Assembly (NCBI GenBank): GCA_963775225.1
Contig: CAVZHW010000007.1
Span: forward strand, 67,756 to 131,755
Direction of reading: 5' to 3'
DNA length: 64,000 bases
Source of the DNA: an uncultured Chloroflexia bacterium
Lineage (GTDB): Bacteria > Chloroflexota > Limnocylindria > Limnocylindrales > CSP1-4
Made by a program: the position numbers and the translations under genes. A model generated the notes under the pieces. The model ran no database searches. It saw only the letters and a list, made by a program, of their open reading frames with translations, and was not told the DNA's origin. Positions 48,440-59,037 of this stretch are shown here, one piece after another; positions within the stretch are counted from its first letter, which is position 1, and every line of letters starts with the position of its first letter.

Positions 48440-50433
48440 GGCCAGATCAGGAAGGCGTCCAGATCGACGCGGTTCCCGGTGGCACTCGGATCGTGCGTGC
48501 CGGTCGAGCGCAGCTGGATGGTGTGCCTGCCCAGGGAGAGCGCCGCGTCGGTCACCCAGACGACGGCGCGCGTGGTCAGGGCCGGCGCGTAGAGATCGAC
48601 GCTGGCGACGTGCGTGCCGTCAAGCCAGATGTCGACGATGCCGCGATTGGGACCAAGCGTGCTGACGAGGGCGCCGGAGCTCCCGCTAAAGGTCAGCGAT
48701 GCCGTTCGGGCTGCGGCCCCGGCCGAGCGCACGTAGCCGCCCGACGCACCGCTGACTGCGTGGCGCTTCCACCTGCCGTGGTAGGCGATCGCGGCGGCCT
48801 TCTCCTGCCTCAGGCGCAGGGTCGCCGAACCGGTCACCGTCCAGGCACCGACGTTGCTGGCGCCGTCGGTCGCGCGCAACCGGAAACGGTAGCTCGCGCC
48901 GGGCTTGAGGGCCGTGTCGACAGTCGTGTCGGTTGGCGAACCGAGCACCACGGCTGCCCACGCGACGCTGCCCTTCTTGAGCTGCAGCTCGTAGGCGGCG
49001 ATACCTGAAGCGTCGGTCGCATCCGGCCAGGTGACGTGGACCTGGGCGGTCGCACCCAGGGTCCGCGGAGCGGCGATGGTGACGGTCGGCAGGCCGACCG
49101 CCGGTGCCGTGGTATCGGGGACCTGGTCGCTCGGCGTGACCGGTGCTGAGGGGTCAGAGGCCGGCCCGGTGCCAACGTCGTTGGTCGCGGTGACGGTGAA
49201 GGTATACGTGGTGTCGTTGGCCAGGCCGTTCACGGTGCAGGCCGTCGCGCCGCTCGTCGCGCAGGTCCGGGAGTCGGGGTCGGACGTGACGGTGTAGCCG
49301 GTGATCGCGCTGCCGCCATCAGATGCGGGAGCGTCCCAGGCGACGTCGGCAGCACCGTTGCCGGCCGTGGCCGTGGCATTCTGTGGCGCGCCGGGTTCGG
49401 TCGGCGGCGGCAAGGCGTCGGCTGTCGTCCAGCCGATGTCGCGGAACACGGCCAGCATCAGCGGACCGGGGTCGTGGTGCACTTCACCGCCGGAGAGTGC
49501 CGGAGTCATCAGTGCGTTCACGTCATCGCTCGGGTAGGCGCTCTCGTCGAGGTGCGAGTTGCTCGAGCCGGATTGCCACTGGTTCGGCGCGAACAGCTTG
49601 GCGCGGTGTCCCAGCACGTCCTCGACGTTCGCGCCGTCGAAATAGACCGAGCCGTCGGTCAGCTGGTCGGCGAGCGCCGTCGAGGGATTGGCAAAGCTGG
49701 TCATCTTCGAGCCACCGCTGGCGGCGCTCCATTCGTGGGCGTCAAACTGGGTTGGGTAGATGTGGCCACCTGAGCTCCAGCCCCAGTTGCCCGTCGAGGA
49801 ATTCACCGCGAAAGTGCTCAGGAAGCCAAGGCCGTGCCCCAACTCGTGCAGGACGACCGTCTCGAAGTCGTACTTGTTCGAAGGCGCAGCGCCGTCCGAG
49901 CCCAGATACCACGAACCGAAATCGCTGTTGAACGCAGCGCTTATCTCGCGCTTGGAGCCGTTGAGCTCGCAGGAACACTTGGCCTCGGCCAGGGCGACGG
50001 GATACCAGCGGTTATCGGAGAGCAGATAGAAGTTCGACGGACCAGCCTGCCCCAGGAGGCCGCTCGTTGCGCCCATCGGGGTCCACGCGGCATCGACGTG
50101 GATCACCTGGGTGGACACGAGCATCGTCTGCCACTCGTCCACCGCCGCCTGGAACGCGGCCTTGGCGTTCGCCGGGAAGTCGGTATAGGTGACCTGGATG
50201 GTGGCCGTCGCCACAGAGGCCGCGCTGACCGACTCGGTGTCGCCCCGTGCGGAGTGCGGCGCAGGGACCAGGTACGGCCCGCTGCTGGTCGGTCCGGCCA
50301 TGAGCGGAACCTCGAGCCCGGGCCGCGAGTCGAGGGCGGCGATGTGGGTGGCGCCGTGGGCCTGGACGGCGGACGACGCGGCAAGCAGCGCCGCAAAGAC
50401 GAACATCGTGACGACGGCAGGCTTGCGAAACAC
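48436..50433 (-). CDS. secreted zinc metallopeptidase (HExxH) with C-terminal fibronectin type III-like domains
   Basis: Signal peptide, VVLHELGHGLGF zinc-binding motif, and at least two Fn3-like modules (PGAPQNATATAGNGAADVAWDAP...YTFTVTATN). Confidence 0.7.
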   Translation of the reverse strand: MFRKPAVVTMFVFAALLAASSAVQAHGATHIAALDSRPGLEVPLMAGPTSSGPYLVPAPHSARGDTESVSAASVATATIQVTYTDFPANAKAAFQAAVDEWQTMLVSTQVIHVDAAWTPMGATSGLLGQAGPSNFYLLSDNRWYPVALAEAKCSCELNGSKREISAAFNSDFGSWYLGSDGAAPSNKYDFETVVLHELGHGLGFLSTFAVNSSTGNWGWSSGGHIYPTQFDAHEWSAASGGSKMTSFANPSTALADQLTDGSVYFDGANVEDVLGHRAKLFAPNQWQSGSSNSHLDESAYPSDDVNALMTPALSGGEVHHDPGPLMLAVFRDIGWTTADALPPPTEPGAPQNATATAGNGAADVAWDAPASDGGSAITGYTVTSDPDSRTCATSGATACTVNGLANDTTYTFTVTATNDVGTGPASDPSAPVTPSDQVPDTTAPAVGLPTVTIAAPRTLGATAQVHVTWPDATDASGIAAYELQLKKGSVAWAAVVLGSPTDTTVDTALKPGASYRFRLRATDGASNVGAWTVTGSATLRLRQEKAAAIAYHGRWKRHAVSGASGGYVRSAGAAARTASLTFSGSSGALVSTLGPNRGIVDIWLDGTHVASVDLYAPALTTRAVVWVTDAALSLGRHTIQLRSTGTHDPSATGNRVDLDAFLIWP

Positions 50434-50589
50434 GGCTTCCCCTCTGCGACGTGTGGGCTGGGGCGATCATCGCCAACGCCGCGGGCCACGGCTAGCCGTA
50501 CTCATGGCTGCCCCCGGTTGCCACCGATGCCGATGTCCGCGCGGTTGCCGCCGCCGTAAACCAGACAAACGGCACAAGCCAAGCACCGC

Positions 50590-51924
50590 GTGCTCGCTTC
50601 CCGACCGATAACCGCGTCGACGGCGAGATCCGCGGCGGTCTGGGCAGCGTCGCCGTCGTATAGCCAGGCGGTAACCTTCGCGATCGTGCGCAATCCTGTG
50701 ACGTCGCTCGTCGAGGCGGTCGCGCCCGCTCGGCTGGGCCACGGTTTTCGCTGGCTGCTGGCCGCGACCGTAGTGAACAACGCTGGCGACGGTGTGGTCG
50801 TCGCCGCCGGTCCGCTGCTCGTCGCCTCGCAGACGCGCGACCCGTTCGTGGTCTCCCTGGCGCTGACGTTCGACTACCTGCCGTCACTCCTGTTCGGCGT
50901 CATCGGCGGCGTGGTCGCCGACCGGTTCGAGCGCCGCTACACGGTGATCGTTGCCAACGTGGCCCGCGCCCTCGTGCTGGCGGTCCTGGTGGCCACGATC
51001 GTCAGCGGCACGGTCAACATCGCCCTGGTACTGGCCACGGTCTTCGTGCTCGGCACGGCGGAGGTCTTTGCCGACACCTCGAGCAACACGCTGCTGCCGA
51101 GCATGGTTCGGCGCGAGGACCTGGGCATTGGCAACTCTCGCCTGCAGGGAGCGTTCCTCCTCCTAAACCAACTCGTGGCGCCGCCGATCGGAGCATTCCT
51201 GTTCGCGGTGGGCATGGCACTGCCCTTTACGGCCAACGCCGCGGCCTTCGGCCTGGGCGCGCTACTGATCTCGCGCATCGGCTCGGACGTCGCCGCGATC
51301 CGCCGCGAACCGGGGCAGCAGAACTCGTGGTGGCGCGACCTCACTGAGGGCATCCGTTGGCTGGCCGGACACGCTGCGATGCGCACGCTGGCTCTGACCA
51401 TTTTCGCCTTCAACGTCACCTATGGCGCCGCCTGGGGCGTGCTCGTCCTGTATGCCAACGAGCGGTTGGGCTTGGGCGCGGTCGGTTTCGGTTTGCTGAG
51501 CACCGCCATCGCCGTGGGTGGCGTGATCGGTATCGGGTCATATGGCGCGCTCGCGCGCCGCTTCAGCCTGGGCAACATCATGCGCGTCGGACTGCTGATC
51601 GAAACCGTCACCCACCTGACCCTCGCACTGACCACATCGCCCGAGGTGGCGCTGGCGATCATGGTCGTGTTCGGCGCACATGCGTTCGTGTGGGGCACCA
51701 CCGCTACGGTCGTGCGCCAGCGCGCGGTGCCCAACCAGCTGCTGGGACGGGTCGGCGGTGTCTACCGCGTGGCGCTCGTCGGCGGGCTGGTCATCGGCAC
51801 CCCGTTTGGTGGCCTGCTGGCGGGTGCCTTCGGCATCACCGCACCCTTCTGGTTCGGTTTCGCCGGCTCGGCCGTGCTGGTCGCGCTTCTCTGGCGCCAG
51901 TTCCCCAACATCGCCCGCCCGTAG
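50590..51924 (+). CDS. MFS transporter
   Basis: 12 predicted TM helices with a typical MFS loop motif. The start is uncertain. Confidence 0.7.
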   Translation: MLASRPITASTARSAAVWAASPSYSQAVTFAIVRNPVTSLVEAVAPARLGHGFRWLLAATVVNNAGDGVVVAAGPLLVASQTRDPFVVSLALTFDYLPSLLFGVIGGVVADRFERRYTVIVANVARALVLAVLVATIVSGTVNIALVLATVFVLGTAEVFADTSSNTLLPSMVRREDLGIGNSRLQGAFLLLNQLVAPPIGAFLFAVGMALPFTANAAAFGLGALLISRIGSDVAAIRREPGQQNSWWRDLTEGIRWLAGHAAMRTLALTIFAFNVTYGAAWGVLVLYANERLGLGAVGFGLLSTAIAVGGVIGIGSYGALARRFSLGNIMRVGLLIETVTHLTLALTTSPEVALAIMVVFGAHAFVWGTTATVVRQRAVPNQLLGRVGGVYRVALVGGLVIGTPFGGLLAGAFGITAPFWFGFAGSAVLVALLWRQFPNIARP

Positions 51925-51949
51925 GCGCAGTCACTACGATGCCCACAGC

Positions 51950-53671
51950 ATGGCCATCACCACACGTGCGGATGAGCTGCTCGAGCTCATTCGGACCTCG
52001 GTCATCGGTGACGACGAGGCGGTCGTGGGACCGTTCGGGCTGCGCCGTGTTACGTATGCCGACTACACCGCGTCCGGGCGCAGCCTGACCTTCATCGAGG
52101 ACTACCTGCGCGCTGCGGTCATGCCGCTGTACGCCAACACGCACACCGAATCGAGCGGCACTGGACTGCAGACCACGCGCTTCCGCGAGGAAGCGCGGAA
52201 CATTGTGCGCGAGGCGCTGGGCGGCAACGAGGAGGAGCACGCGCTGATCTTCTGCGGTTCTGGCTCGACCGGCGCCGTGGACAAGCTCGTGGCCATCCTC
52301 AACCTGCGCCTGCCGGCCGACCTCGCCGAGCGCTACGACCTGCTGGACGCGATCCCGGCCGATGAGCGGCCGGTCGTGTTCATCGGCCCCTTCGAGCACC
52401 ATTCCAACGAGCTGCCCTGGCGCGAGTCGATCGCCGACGTGGTGACCATCCACGAGGACGCCGACGGTCACGTCGACCTGGCCGAGCTGGAACGCAGCCT
52501 CCAGCACTACGCCGGCCGTCCGCTGAAGATCGGCAGCTTCTCCGCCGCCAGCAACGTCACCGGCATCATCTCCGACACGCGCGCGATCTCGGTCCTACTG
52601 CACCGCCACGGCGCCTTGTCCTTGTGGGACTTTGCCGCGGCCGCGCCGTACGTGGACGTGCACATGAGCCCGCACCGCGGCGACGATGAGCCCGCGCTCG
52701 ACTACAAGGACGCCATCTTCGTATCGCCGCACAAGCTGATCGGCGGCCCGGGCACGCCGGGCGTCCTGCTTGTCCGCCGGGAGCTGCTGCACAACCGCGT
52801 GCCGGCGGTCGTCGGCGGCGGCACCGTCGCCTACGTCAACCCCGACGAGCATGTCTATCTGATCGACCCCGAGCATCGCGAGGAGGGCGGCACGCCGGCG
52901 ATCCTGGAATCGATCCGCGCCGGGCTGGTCTTCCAGCTCAAGGAGCAGGTTGGCGTGCCGGCCATCCGCGAGCGGGAGGAATCGTTCATTCGGCGCGCGA
53001 TCGAGCGCTGGGAGCGTCACCCGAACATCGAGATCCTGGGCAACCGGCGGGCCGAGCGACTGTCGATCGTTTCCTTCGTGGTCCGCTTCGGCCCCCGCTA
53101 CCTGCACCACAACTTCGTCGTCGCGGTGCTCAACGACCTGTTCGGCATCCAGTCACGCGGCGGCTGTTCATGTGCCGGGCCGTACGGCCACCGGCTGCTG
53201 GGCATCGATATCGAAACGTCGCACGAGTTCGAGCGCGCGATCGGCCGTGGCTGCGAGGGCATCAAGCCGGGCTGGGTGCGGGTGAACTTCAACTACTTCA
53301 TCGGCGAGGAGGTCTTCGACTTCATCCTGGAGGCCGTCGAGATCGTCGCCGCTGATGGTTGGAAACTGCTGCCACAGTACCGCTTCAACGACAAGACCGG
53401 GCTGTGGCGGCATGCCGCGGGCCTGGCCGAGCCGCCACTGAGCCTGGGCGACATCCGCTACGACACGGGGGAGATGACCTACACCGCCCACCGCCACCGC
53501 GCGCCGCCCGCCCGCCTGGCCGACTATCTGCTCGAGGCGCGCCAGATGCTTTCGGAAGCGCCCTCGACGGCTTGGCCGGCGGTCGATCCTGAGCTCGACG
53601 CAGACTTCGACGCGCTGCGCTGGTTCCCGCTCCCCAGCGAGGTTCTCGCCGACGGCGGCGTTGGCCGATAA
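51950..53671 (+). CDS. aminotransferase class V-fold PLP-dependent enzyme (cysteine desulfurase-like), long form
   Basis: PLP fold with SxHK region (FVSPHKLIGGPGTPGVLLV) and a C-terminal extension. The supplied ORF (51680..53671) begins inside the MFS gene; I chose the ATG at 51950. Confidence 0.7.
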   Translation: MAITTRADELLELIRTSVIGDDEAVVGPFGLRRVTYADYTASGRSLTFIEDYLRAAVMPLYANTHTESSGTGLQTTRFREEARNIVREALGGNEEEHALIFCGSGSTGAVDKLVAILNLRLPADLAERYDLLDAIPADERPVVFIGPFEHHSNELPWRESIADVVTIHEDADGHVDLAELERSLQHYAGRPLKIGSFSAASNVTGIISDTRAISVLLHRHGALSLWDFAAAAPYVDVHMSPHRGDDEPALDYKDAIFVSPHKLIGGPGTPGVLLVRRELLHNRVPAVVGGGTVAYVNPDEHVYLIDPEHREEGGTPAILESIRAGLVFQLKEQVGVPAIREREESFIRRAIERWERHPNIEILGNRRAERLSIVSFVVRFGPRYLHHNFVVAVLNDLFGIQSRGGCSCAGPYGHRLLGIDIETSHEFERAIGRGCEGIKPGWVRVNFNYFIGEEVFDFILEAVEIVAADGWKLLPQYRFNDKTGLWRHAAGLAEPPLSLGDIRYDTGEMTYTAHRHRAPPARLADYLLEARQMLSEAPSTAWPAVDPELDADFDALRWFPLPSEVLADGGVGR

Positions 53672-54047
53672 TCGGCCCAGCCACATGCGCTCACCGCAAG
53701 ACCTTGCCGACGCCTTCGACCCGGATGTGCCGCCCAGCGGCCCGGGCTGCGTGGAATGCCTGGCGACCGACGACGGCTGGTGGTTCCACCTGCGCCGCTG
53801 TGCCAGGTGTGGCCACGTGGGCTGCTGCGATTCGTCCCCGTCGCAGCACGCTGGTCGACATGCGCGAGTGACGGGCCATCCCATCGCCCAGAGCTATGAG
53901 CCGGGCGAGGAGTGGTTCTGGGATTACGAAACCGACGATTTCGTCGATGGGCCGCCGCTCACGCCGCCACTACACCATCCGTTGACCCAGCCGGCGCCCG
54001 GACCGGCGGGGCGCGTTCCACCCGACTGGACCAGTCGGCTGCACTGA
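53661..54047 (+). CDS. UBP-type zinc-finger domain protein
   Basis: CVEC...H...CARCGHVGCCDSSPSQH...H fits the zf-UBP Cys/His ligand pattern. Overlaps the aminotransferase 3' end by 11 bp. Confidence 0.6.
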   Translation: MADNRPSHMRSPQDLADAFDPDVPPSGPGCVECLATDDGWWFHLRRCARCGHVGCCDSSPSQHAGRHARVTGHPIAQSYEPGEEWFWDYETDDFVDGPPLTPPLHHPLTQPAPGPAGRVPPDWTSRLH

Positions 54048-54064
54048 ACGCAGCCGGGGGTCGC

Positions 54065-57000
54065 TCAGTGGGCCGCGCGGACCCCGCTACTGGCCCCTGG
54101 ACGCTGCGCCGGTTCAGGCGTCGCAGGCAATGCGCGCATGGCCTCCTCCAACCTCTCGAGGAAAGCGACCGCACCGAGCCGCTCGAAGAGAGCGCCGGCC
54201 CAGGCGGCTTCCTCGCGGACGGCGTCGGTGGTGGGACCGAGGAGGATGACCTGGTCGAGCGCCATCCAGGCGGCCATGAAGTCCACTCCAAGCTCACGCC
54301 GGCCGGCAATCGCCTGGCGGTAGCCGGCGAGCGCCTCGTCCGTCCGGCCGTCCAGAGCAGCCAATGCAGCGTGGAACTCAAGCAGGTCGTCGCGCCGCAT
54401 GGTCGACCGCTCCGGGTCCTCTTGGACCGCCGCGGTCATTCTGCCCAATCGCCCAACGTCACCCGTCCAAATGGCCGCGCGGCAGGCCCAGGAGCGGTAC
54501 ATGTACGCGACGATCTCCATCCCCTGCGCCACCTCGAAGACCCGGTCGGCAGCCCTCTCGGGATGGCCCCCGAAGAGGTCGTCGTGCGCCCCCATCCATA
54601 TCAGCTCGCGATGCACGTGCGGATCTGGCAGCTGTTGGGTCAGGTCGCTGAGGCGAGCCAGCAGCTCGCGGAACCCAGACTGGCGTGCAGCGCGGATCTG
54701 CGCCGAGTAGGCGAGCAGATGCTGCTCCGTCGCAGGTTCGACCCCCGACTGGAGCGTGTCGTCGATGTCGGCCAGGACGGCGTCCCAATCGCGGCCCAGC
54801 AGATAGGCCGCGGCGGCCTGTGACGCGACGATCCAGTTCGTCATTAGGTGGTTGCCCAGCCGACGCGTAAGCTCCAAGTTGGCCTCGCTCAGCTGGTAAG
54901 CACGGCTCAGGTCGTCGTTCCAGATGATCGACGTCAGGTTGCTGCGCGCACGCATCTCGGCGTCCACGAAACCACTGTCGGCGGCGACGCGGGCGGCCCC
55001 TTCCATCAGGGCAATCGCCTCCTTGTGCCGCCCGATATACGACAGGCCGGCCGACTTGTTCGCCATCAGGTTGGCGATGTGGTGGTTGAGCTCGTGGGCC
55101 TCTGCCAGCGGCAGCCCCTGGTCGGCAATCTCGACCGCCTTCGCCGGTGAGTTGTTGCGGTAGTGTGCGCGTGAGAGGTTGGTGAGCACCGGCACGCGGT
55201 CGGCTTCGTCGGCGGCCGGCAGTTCTCGCAGGGCCGCTTCGAGTCGGCTGACGGCCTGACCGGGGTCGCCGATGTCGATCAGCGCATCACCAAGCACGGC
55301 AGCCGCGCGAGCAAGTCCGGCAAAGTCCGCCGACTCGCGATATGCCGCCATGGACTCCTCGGCCATGGCCACCGCATCTTCGTTCTGCTGCGCCAGGTTG
55401 GCGACGAAGGCACCGCGCTCGAGCAGCGGCGCACGATCAGTCGGCTTGTCGGCAACATGCAGCGCCTGACGGAAGTAGGTGACCGCCTGGTCGTTGGCGC
55501 CCAGCTGGGCGGCACGCTCGGCCGCGGCACGAAGGGCGACACGGGCCTGCGCCGCCACAGCATCACGTTCCGGGCCCTCCGCCGAGGCTTCGTGGGCGGC
55601 GAGATAGTGGCTCGCCAGAGCGCCCGCCAGCTCCTCGTCGCCCATCGCCTCGAACCGCCGCGCGGCAGCGAGGTGCTTTTCCCGCCGCTGTCGCTTCGCC
55701 AGCGTGCCGTAGGCGACTTCGCGGATCAACTCCTGCACGAAGCGGTACTGGCCGCGCTCCGGCGAACGTGGATCGGCCTCGAACTCGAGCAACTGCCGCC
55801 GAACGAGCCCACGCAATCGCTCGTCCAGGTCCTGCTGCTCCCCCTCCAGCGCCGCAAGGCCGACCGGCGTGAACGTCTGGCCGAGAACGGAGGCGTCCTG
55901 CAGCAGCGCCCGGTCGGCCGCATCCAGCCCATCGAGTCGCGAGGCAATCAGAGAGCGCAGCGTGTCGGGAATGGCCAGCTCGCCCAGCTCGCCAACCGGG
56001 CGGTAACCGTTCTCGGTCCGCTCCAGGCGCCCCTCGGCGAGCAGCGCACGGACAGTTTCGACCGCGTACAAGGGCACGCCGTCGGCGCGCGCCACGATGG
56101 CGTCGCCCGCCGCGTCGGGCAGGCCGGGCACAAAGCCGGCGAGCAGGGCGTGCATGTCGGAGTCGGAAAGGGGCTCCAGGTCGACCGCGCTGAAGTTGCG
56201 CCGGCCGGCGCCCCAGGTTGGCCGGCGATCGAACAGCTCCGGCCGAGCCAGCGTGATGATCAGGATCGGCAGTCCCTTGGACCACTCGAGCATGTGATCG
56301 ATGAAGTCGAGCAGGCCGGTGTCAGCCCACTGCAGGTCTTCGAAGAGCAGCACGGTCGTGCCCCGCGCAGCGATGCGCTCGAAGAGGATCCGCCACGCGG
56401 CAAAGAGGGCGTCGCGGCCGCCGGCCGGCGCCTCCTCGATGCCGAGCAACGTAAGCAGGGCCGGCTCGACCCAGCGCCGATCCTCGGGCTCGGGCACCCA
56501 CTCGGTGACACCTGCGCGCACGCGCTCACGAGTGGTCTGCTCGTCATCGGATTCGGCCAGGCCGAGGCGGCGGCGAACGATCTCGCCCAGCGCCCAGAAG
56601 GTCACGCCCTCGCCATACGAGGGCGATCGGCCGCGATGCCAGTAGACCGTTTCGACCAGGCCGTCGATGTACTTCTCGAGCTCCCATGCAAGCCGGCTCT
56701 TGCCTATACCGCCCGGCCCGGTGATCGAGGCGAGCCTCGCCTTGGGTTCGCGGCCGGACAGAGCGATCAGATCCTTGAGTAGGCGCACTTCCTCGTCGCG
56801 GCCCACGAACGGCGGTTCGGGCAGCTCCGAGCGGCCCTGGCCGCCACGTTGCGAGACGACACGCATCGCGCGAAAGGCCGGCACCGGCGCCGACTTGCCC
56901 TTGAGCAACTGCACACCGGCCGGCTCGTACTCGATCGAGGCGCTCGCTGCGTGGCGCGTCGCCTCGCCGACGAGCACGGTGCCTGGTGGAGCAATCGACT

Positions 57001-57589
57001 GGAGTCGGGCGGCGGTATTGACCATGTCCCCGGCGACCATGCCCTGGTCCGTGGCGCCCAGGGTGACCGCCGCCTCGCCGGTCAGCACGCCGACACGGGC
57101 GTTTATGTTGGGGCCAAGGGTGCGCACCACGTCGACCAGGTCGAGTCCGGCGCGAACGGCACGTTCGGCGTCGTCCTCCTGTGCGACTGGTGCGCCCCAG
57201 ACCGCCATGACCGCGTCGCCAATGAATTTCTCGACCGTGCCGCCGTAGCGCTCGATGACGGTGCGCGCCTCGGCGAAGTAGCGCGTGAGGATCTCGCGCA
57301 CCTCTTCGGCGTCGCGATCCTCGGCGAAGGACGTGAAGCCGACCAGGTCGGCGAACAGGACACTGACCAGCCGACGCTCGGCGACTGGTGCGGGCGATGC
57401 GCCCGTAGCGCGAGCGGGCGCAGCGCGGGTCGCCCCGGCCGCGAGTTGTGTCCCGCACTCGCCGCAGAACTTCAGGCCCGGCGTGTTGGCATTGCCGCAG
57501 TTCGGGCATGCCTGTGCCAGCGACGCCCCGCACTCGCCGCAGAACTTGCGGCCGGGCTCGTTCTCCGTCCCGCAGGTAGGGCAGTTCAC
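54065..57589 (-). CDS. multidomain signalling protein: N-terminal double zinc ribbon, class III adenylate/guanylate cyclase domain, AAA/STAND-type ATPase, TPR repeats (1174 aa)
   Basis: CPTCG...CGECG and CPNCG...CGECG zinc ribbons. Cyclase motifs LFADLVGFT and GDAVMAVWGAP. P-loop GPGGIGKSRLAWE. C-terminal TPR-like helical repeats. No LuxR HTH at the C-terminus. Confidence 0.8.
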   Translation of the reverse strand: MNCPTCGTENEPGRKFCGECGASLAQACPNCGNANTPGLKFCGECGTQLAAGATRAAPARATGASPAPVAERRLVSVLFADLVGFTSFAEDRDAEEVREILTRYFAEARTVIERYGGTVEKFIGDAVMAVWGAPVAQEDDAERAVRAGLDLVDVVRTLGPNINARVGVLTGEAAVTLGATDQGMVAGDMVNTAARLQSIAPPGTVLVGEATRHAASASIEYEPAGVQLLKGKSAPVPAFRAMRVVSQRGGQGRSELPEPPFVGRDEEVRLLKDLIALSGREPKARLASITGPGGIGKSRLAWELEKYIDGLVETVYWHRGRSPSYGEGVTFWALGEIVRRRLGLAESDDEQTTRERVRAGVTEWVPEPEDRRWVEPALLTLLGIEEAPAGGRDALFAAWRILFERIAARGTTVLLFEDLQWADTGLLDFIDHMLEWSKGLPILIITLARPELFDRRPTWGAGRRNFSAVDLEPLSDSDMHALLAGFVPGLPDAAGDAIVARADGVPLYAVETVRALLAEGRLERTENGYRPVGELGELAIPDTLRSLIASRLDGLDAADRALLQDASVLGQTFTPVGLAALEGEQQDLDERLRGLVRRQLLEFEADPRSPERGQYRFVQELIREVAYGTLAKRQRREKHLAAARRFEAMGDEELAGALASHYLAAHEASAEGPERDAVAAQARVALRAAAERAAQLGANDQAVTYFRQALHVADKPTDRAPLLERGAFVANLAQQNEDAVAMAEESMAAYRESADFAGLARAAAVLGDALIDIGDPGQAVSRLEAALRELPAADEADRVPVLTNLSRAHYRNNSPAKAVEIADQGLPLAEAHELNHHIANLMANKSAGLSYIGRHKEAIALMEGAARVAADSGFVDAEMRARSNLTSIIWNDDLSRAYQLSEANLELTRRLGNHLMTNWIVASQAAAAYLLGRDWDAVLADIDDTLQSGVEPATEQHLLAYSAQIRAARQSGFRELLARLSDLTQQLPDPHVHRELIWMGAHDDLFGGHPERAADRVFEVAQGMEIVAYMYRSWACRAAIWTGDVGRLGRMTAAVQEDPERSTMRRDDLLEFHAALAALDGRTDEALAGYRQAIAGRRELGVDFMAAWMALDQVILLGPTTDAVREEAAWAGALFERLGAVAFLERLEEAMRALPATPEPAQRPGASSGVRAAH

Positions 57590-57881
57590 AGAGTCATCAC
57601 CCTCTCACCAGCCAAAAGCCTAACCGACACGACGCGCATGCCCCGATCGACCGGGCGGCTGGCGTCGGTCAGGACAGTCACGCCGCGCACCTACTCGGCC
57701 ATGCGATCAAGATTCGTCCAGGGGTCGAACAGGATTTCGCGGGCCGCGTTGGCGTAGGCCCGAATGCGGCGGATGGACACCGGCCAAGAGTAGACGCGTA
57801 AGGGGGAGCTTTGGCCCTTCCAGAAGCAGGCGATACGCACGACGATGAGCGCGAACACTCACCGCCTCTTGGGAGAGAGCC

Positions 57882-58382
57882 ATGCGACCAGTCGCCGAGG
57901 TAGCCGACGAGTTCCTGTCCCACAAGCGCATTGCAGTAACCGGTGTTTCGCGGACGCCGGCTGCGCACGGCGGCAACGTCGTCTATAAGCGGCTGCGGGA
58001 TCGAGGCTACGAGGTCTTCGCGGTCAACCCCAATGCCGAGCAGGTCGAGGGCGACACGTGCTACGGCGATCTGAAGTCCATTCCCGGGGGAGTGGACCTG
58101 GTCATCGTGGCTACTCGCCCAGAGCACGCCGAGAGCACGATCCGCGAGGCCGCCGAGCTTGGCATCACGCGTGTGTGGATGCACCGCCTGTTCGGAGAGG
58201 GGTCGTGCTCGCCCGACGCGGCGAAAGTCGGCCGGGAGAATGGCATCACGGTGATCGAGGGTGGCTGTCCGCTGATGTTCGGGTCCACCTCGGACGGTGG
58301 CCACAAGATGCTCAGGATGTTCGGTACCTGGATGGGCAAAGTGCCGCGCAAGGTCCAGGAGCCGACGACCGCAAAGGATTGA
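57882..58382 (+). CDS. CoA-binding domain protein
   Basis: KRIAVTGVSRTP...GYEVFAVNPN...VDLVIVATRPEHA matches the CoA_binding_2 Rossmann-like signature. Confidence 0.7.
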   Translation: MRPVAEVADEFLSHKRIAVTGVSRTPAAHGGNVVYKRLRDRGYEVFAVNPNAEQVEGDTCYGDLKSIPGGVDLVIVATRPEHAESTIREAAELGITRVWMHRLFGEGSCSPDAAKVGRENGITVIEGGCPLMFGSTSDGGHKMLRMFGTWMGKVPRKVQEPTTAKD

Positions 58383-58452
58383 CGGCCAGCCTAACTCTGG
58401 GCCGCGGCGCTTCAGTCCGCCGTACGCTATACCCCGCGGCGATACTGGCCGG

Positions 58453-59037
58453 GTGAGCAAGGGGCGGCTCGAGGCGTTCAGCGATGGCGTGCTGGCCATC
58501 GTCATCACCATCATGGTGCTCGAGCTCACGCCGCCGGCGGGCGCGTCACTCGACGACCTGTTCGCACTGTGGCCCAAGCTTCTCTCCTACGCGCTGAGCT
58601 TCGCCTACCTGGCGATCTACTGGAACAATCACCACCACCTGTTCCAGGCGTCGCGCACCGTGAGTGGCCTCGTGCTGTGGTCGAACATGCTTCTCCTCTT
58701 CACGCTTTCGCTGGTGCCTTTCGCCACGGCCTGGATGGGCGAGCACTCGTTCGCCGGCACACCGGTCCTCGTCTACAACGTGGTCCTCATCCTGCCCGCG
58801 ATCGCCTACTACCTCCTCGTCCGAGCGCTGATTGCGGCGCCCGGCCAGTCGGCAACTCTCGCATCGGCGATCGGCAGCGACTTCAAGGGCAAGATCTCGA
58901 TCGTTATCTACCTTGTCGCCCTGCCGTTTTCGCTGTACCTGCCGGCCGTCGCCATCGTGCTCTTCGCCGCAGTCGCTGCGATCTGGATAGTTCCCGACCG
59001 ACGCATCACCCGCGTTCTGGATCCCAGCGGACCGTGA
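58453..59037 (+). CDS. TMEM175/DUF1211 family potassium channel-like membrane protein
   Basis: RLEAFSDGVLAIVITIMVLEL is the hallmark TM1 motif. Six TM helices, GTG start. The ORF track starts at 58297. Confidence 0.7.
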   Translation: MSKGRLEAFSDGVLAIVITIMVLELTPPAGASLDDLFALWPKLLSYALSFAYLAIYWNNHHHLFQASRTVSGLVLWSNMLLLFTLSLVPFATAWMGEHSFAGTPVLVYNVVLILPAIAYYLLVRALIAAPGQSATLASAIGSDFKGKISIVIYLVALPFSLYLPAVAIVLFAAVAAIWIVPDRRITRVLDPSGP

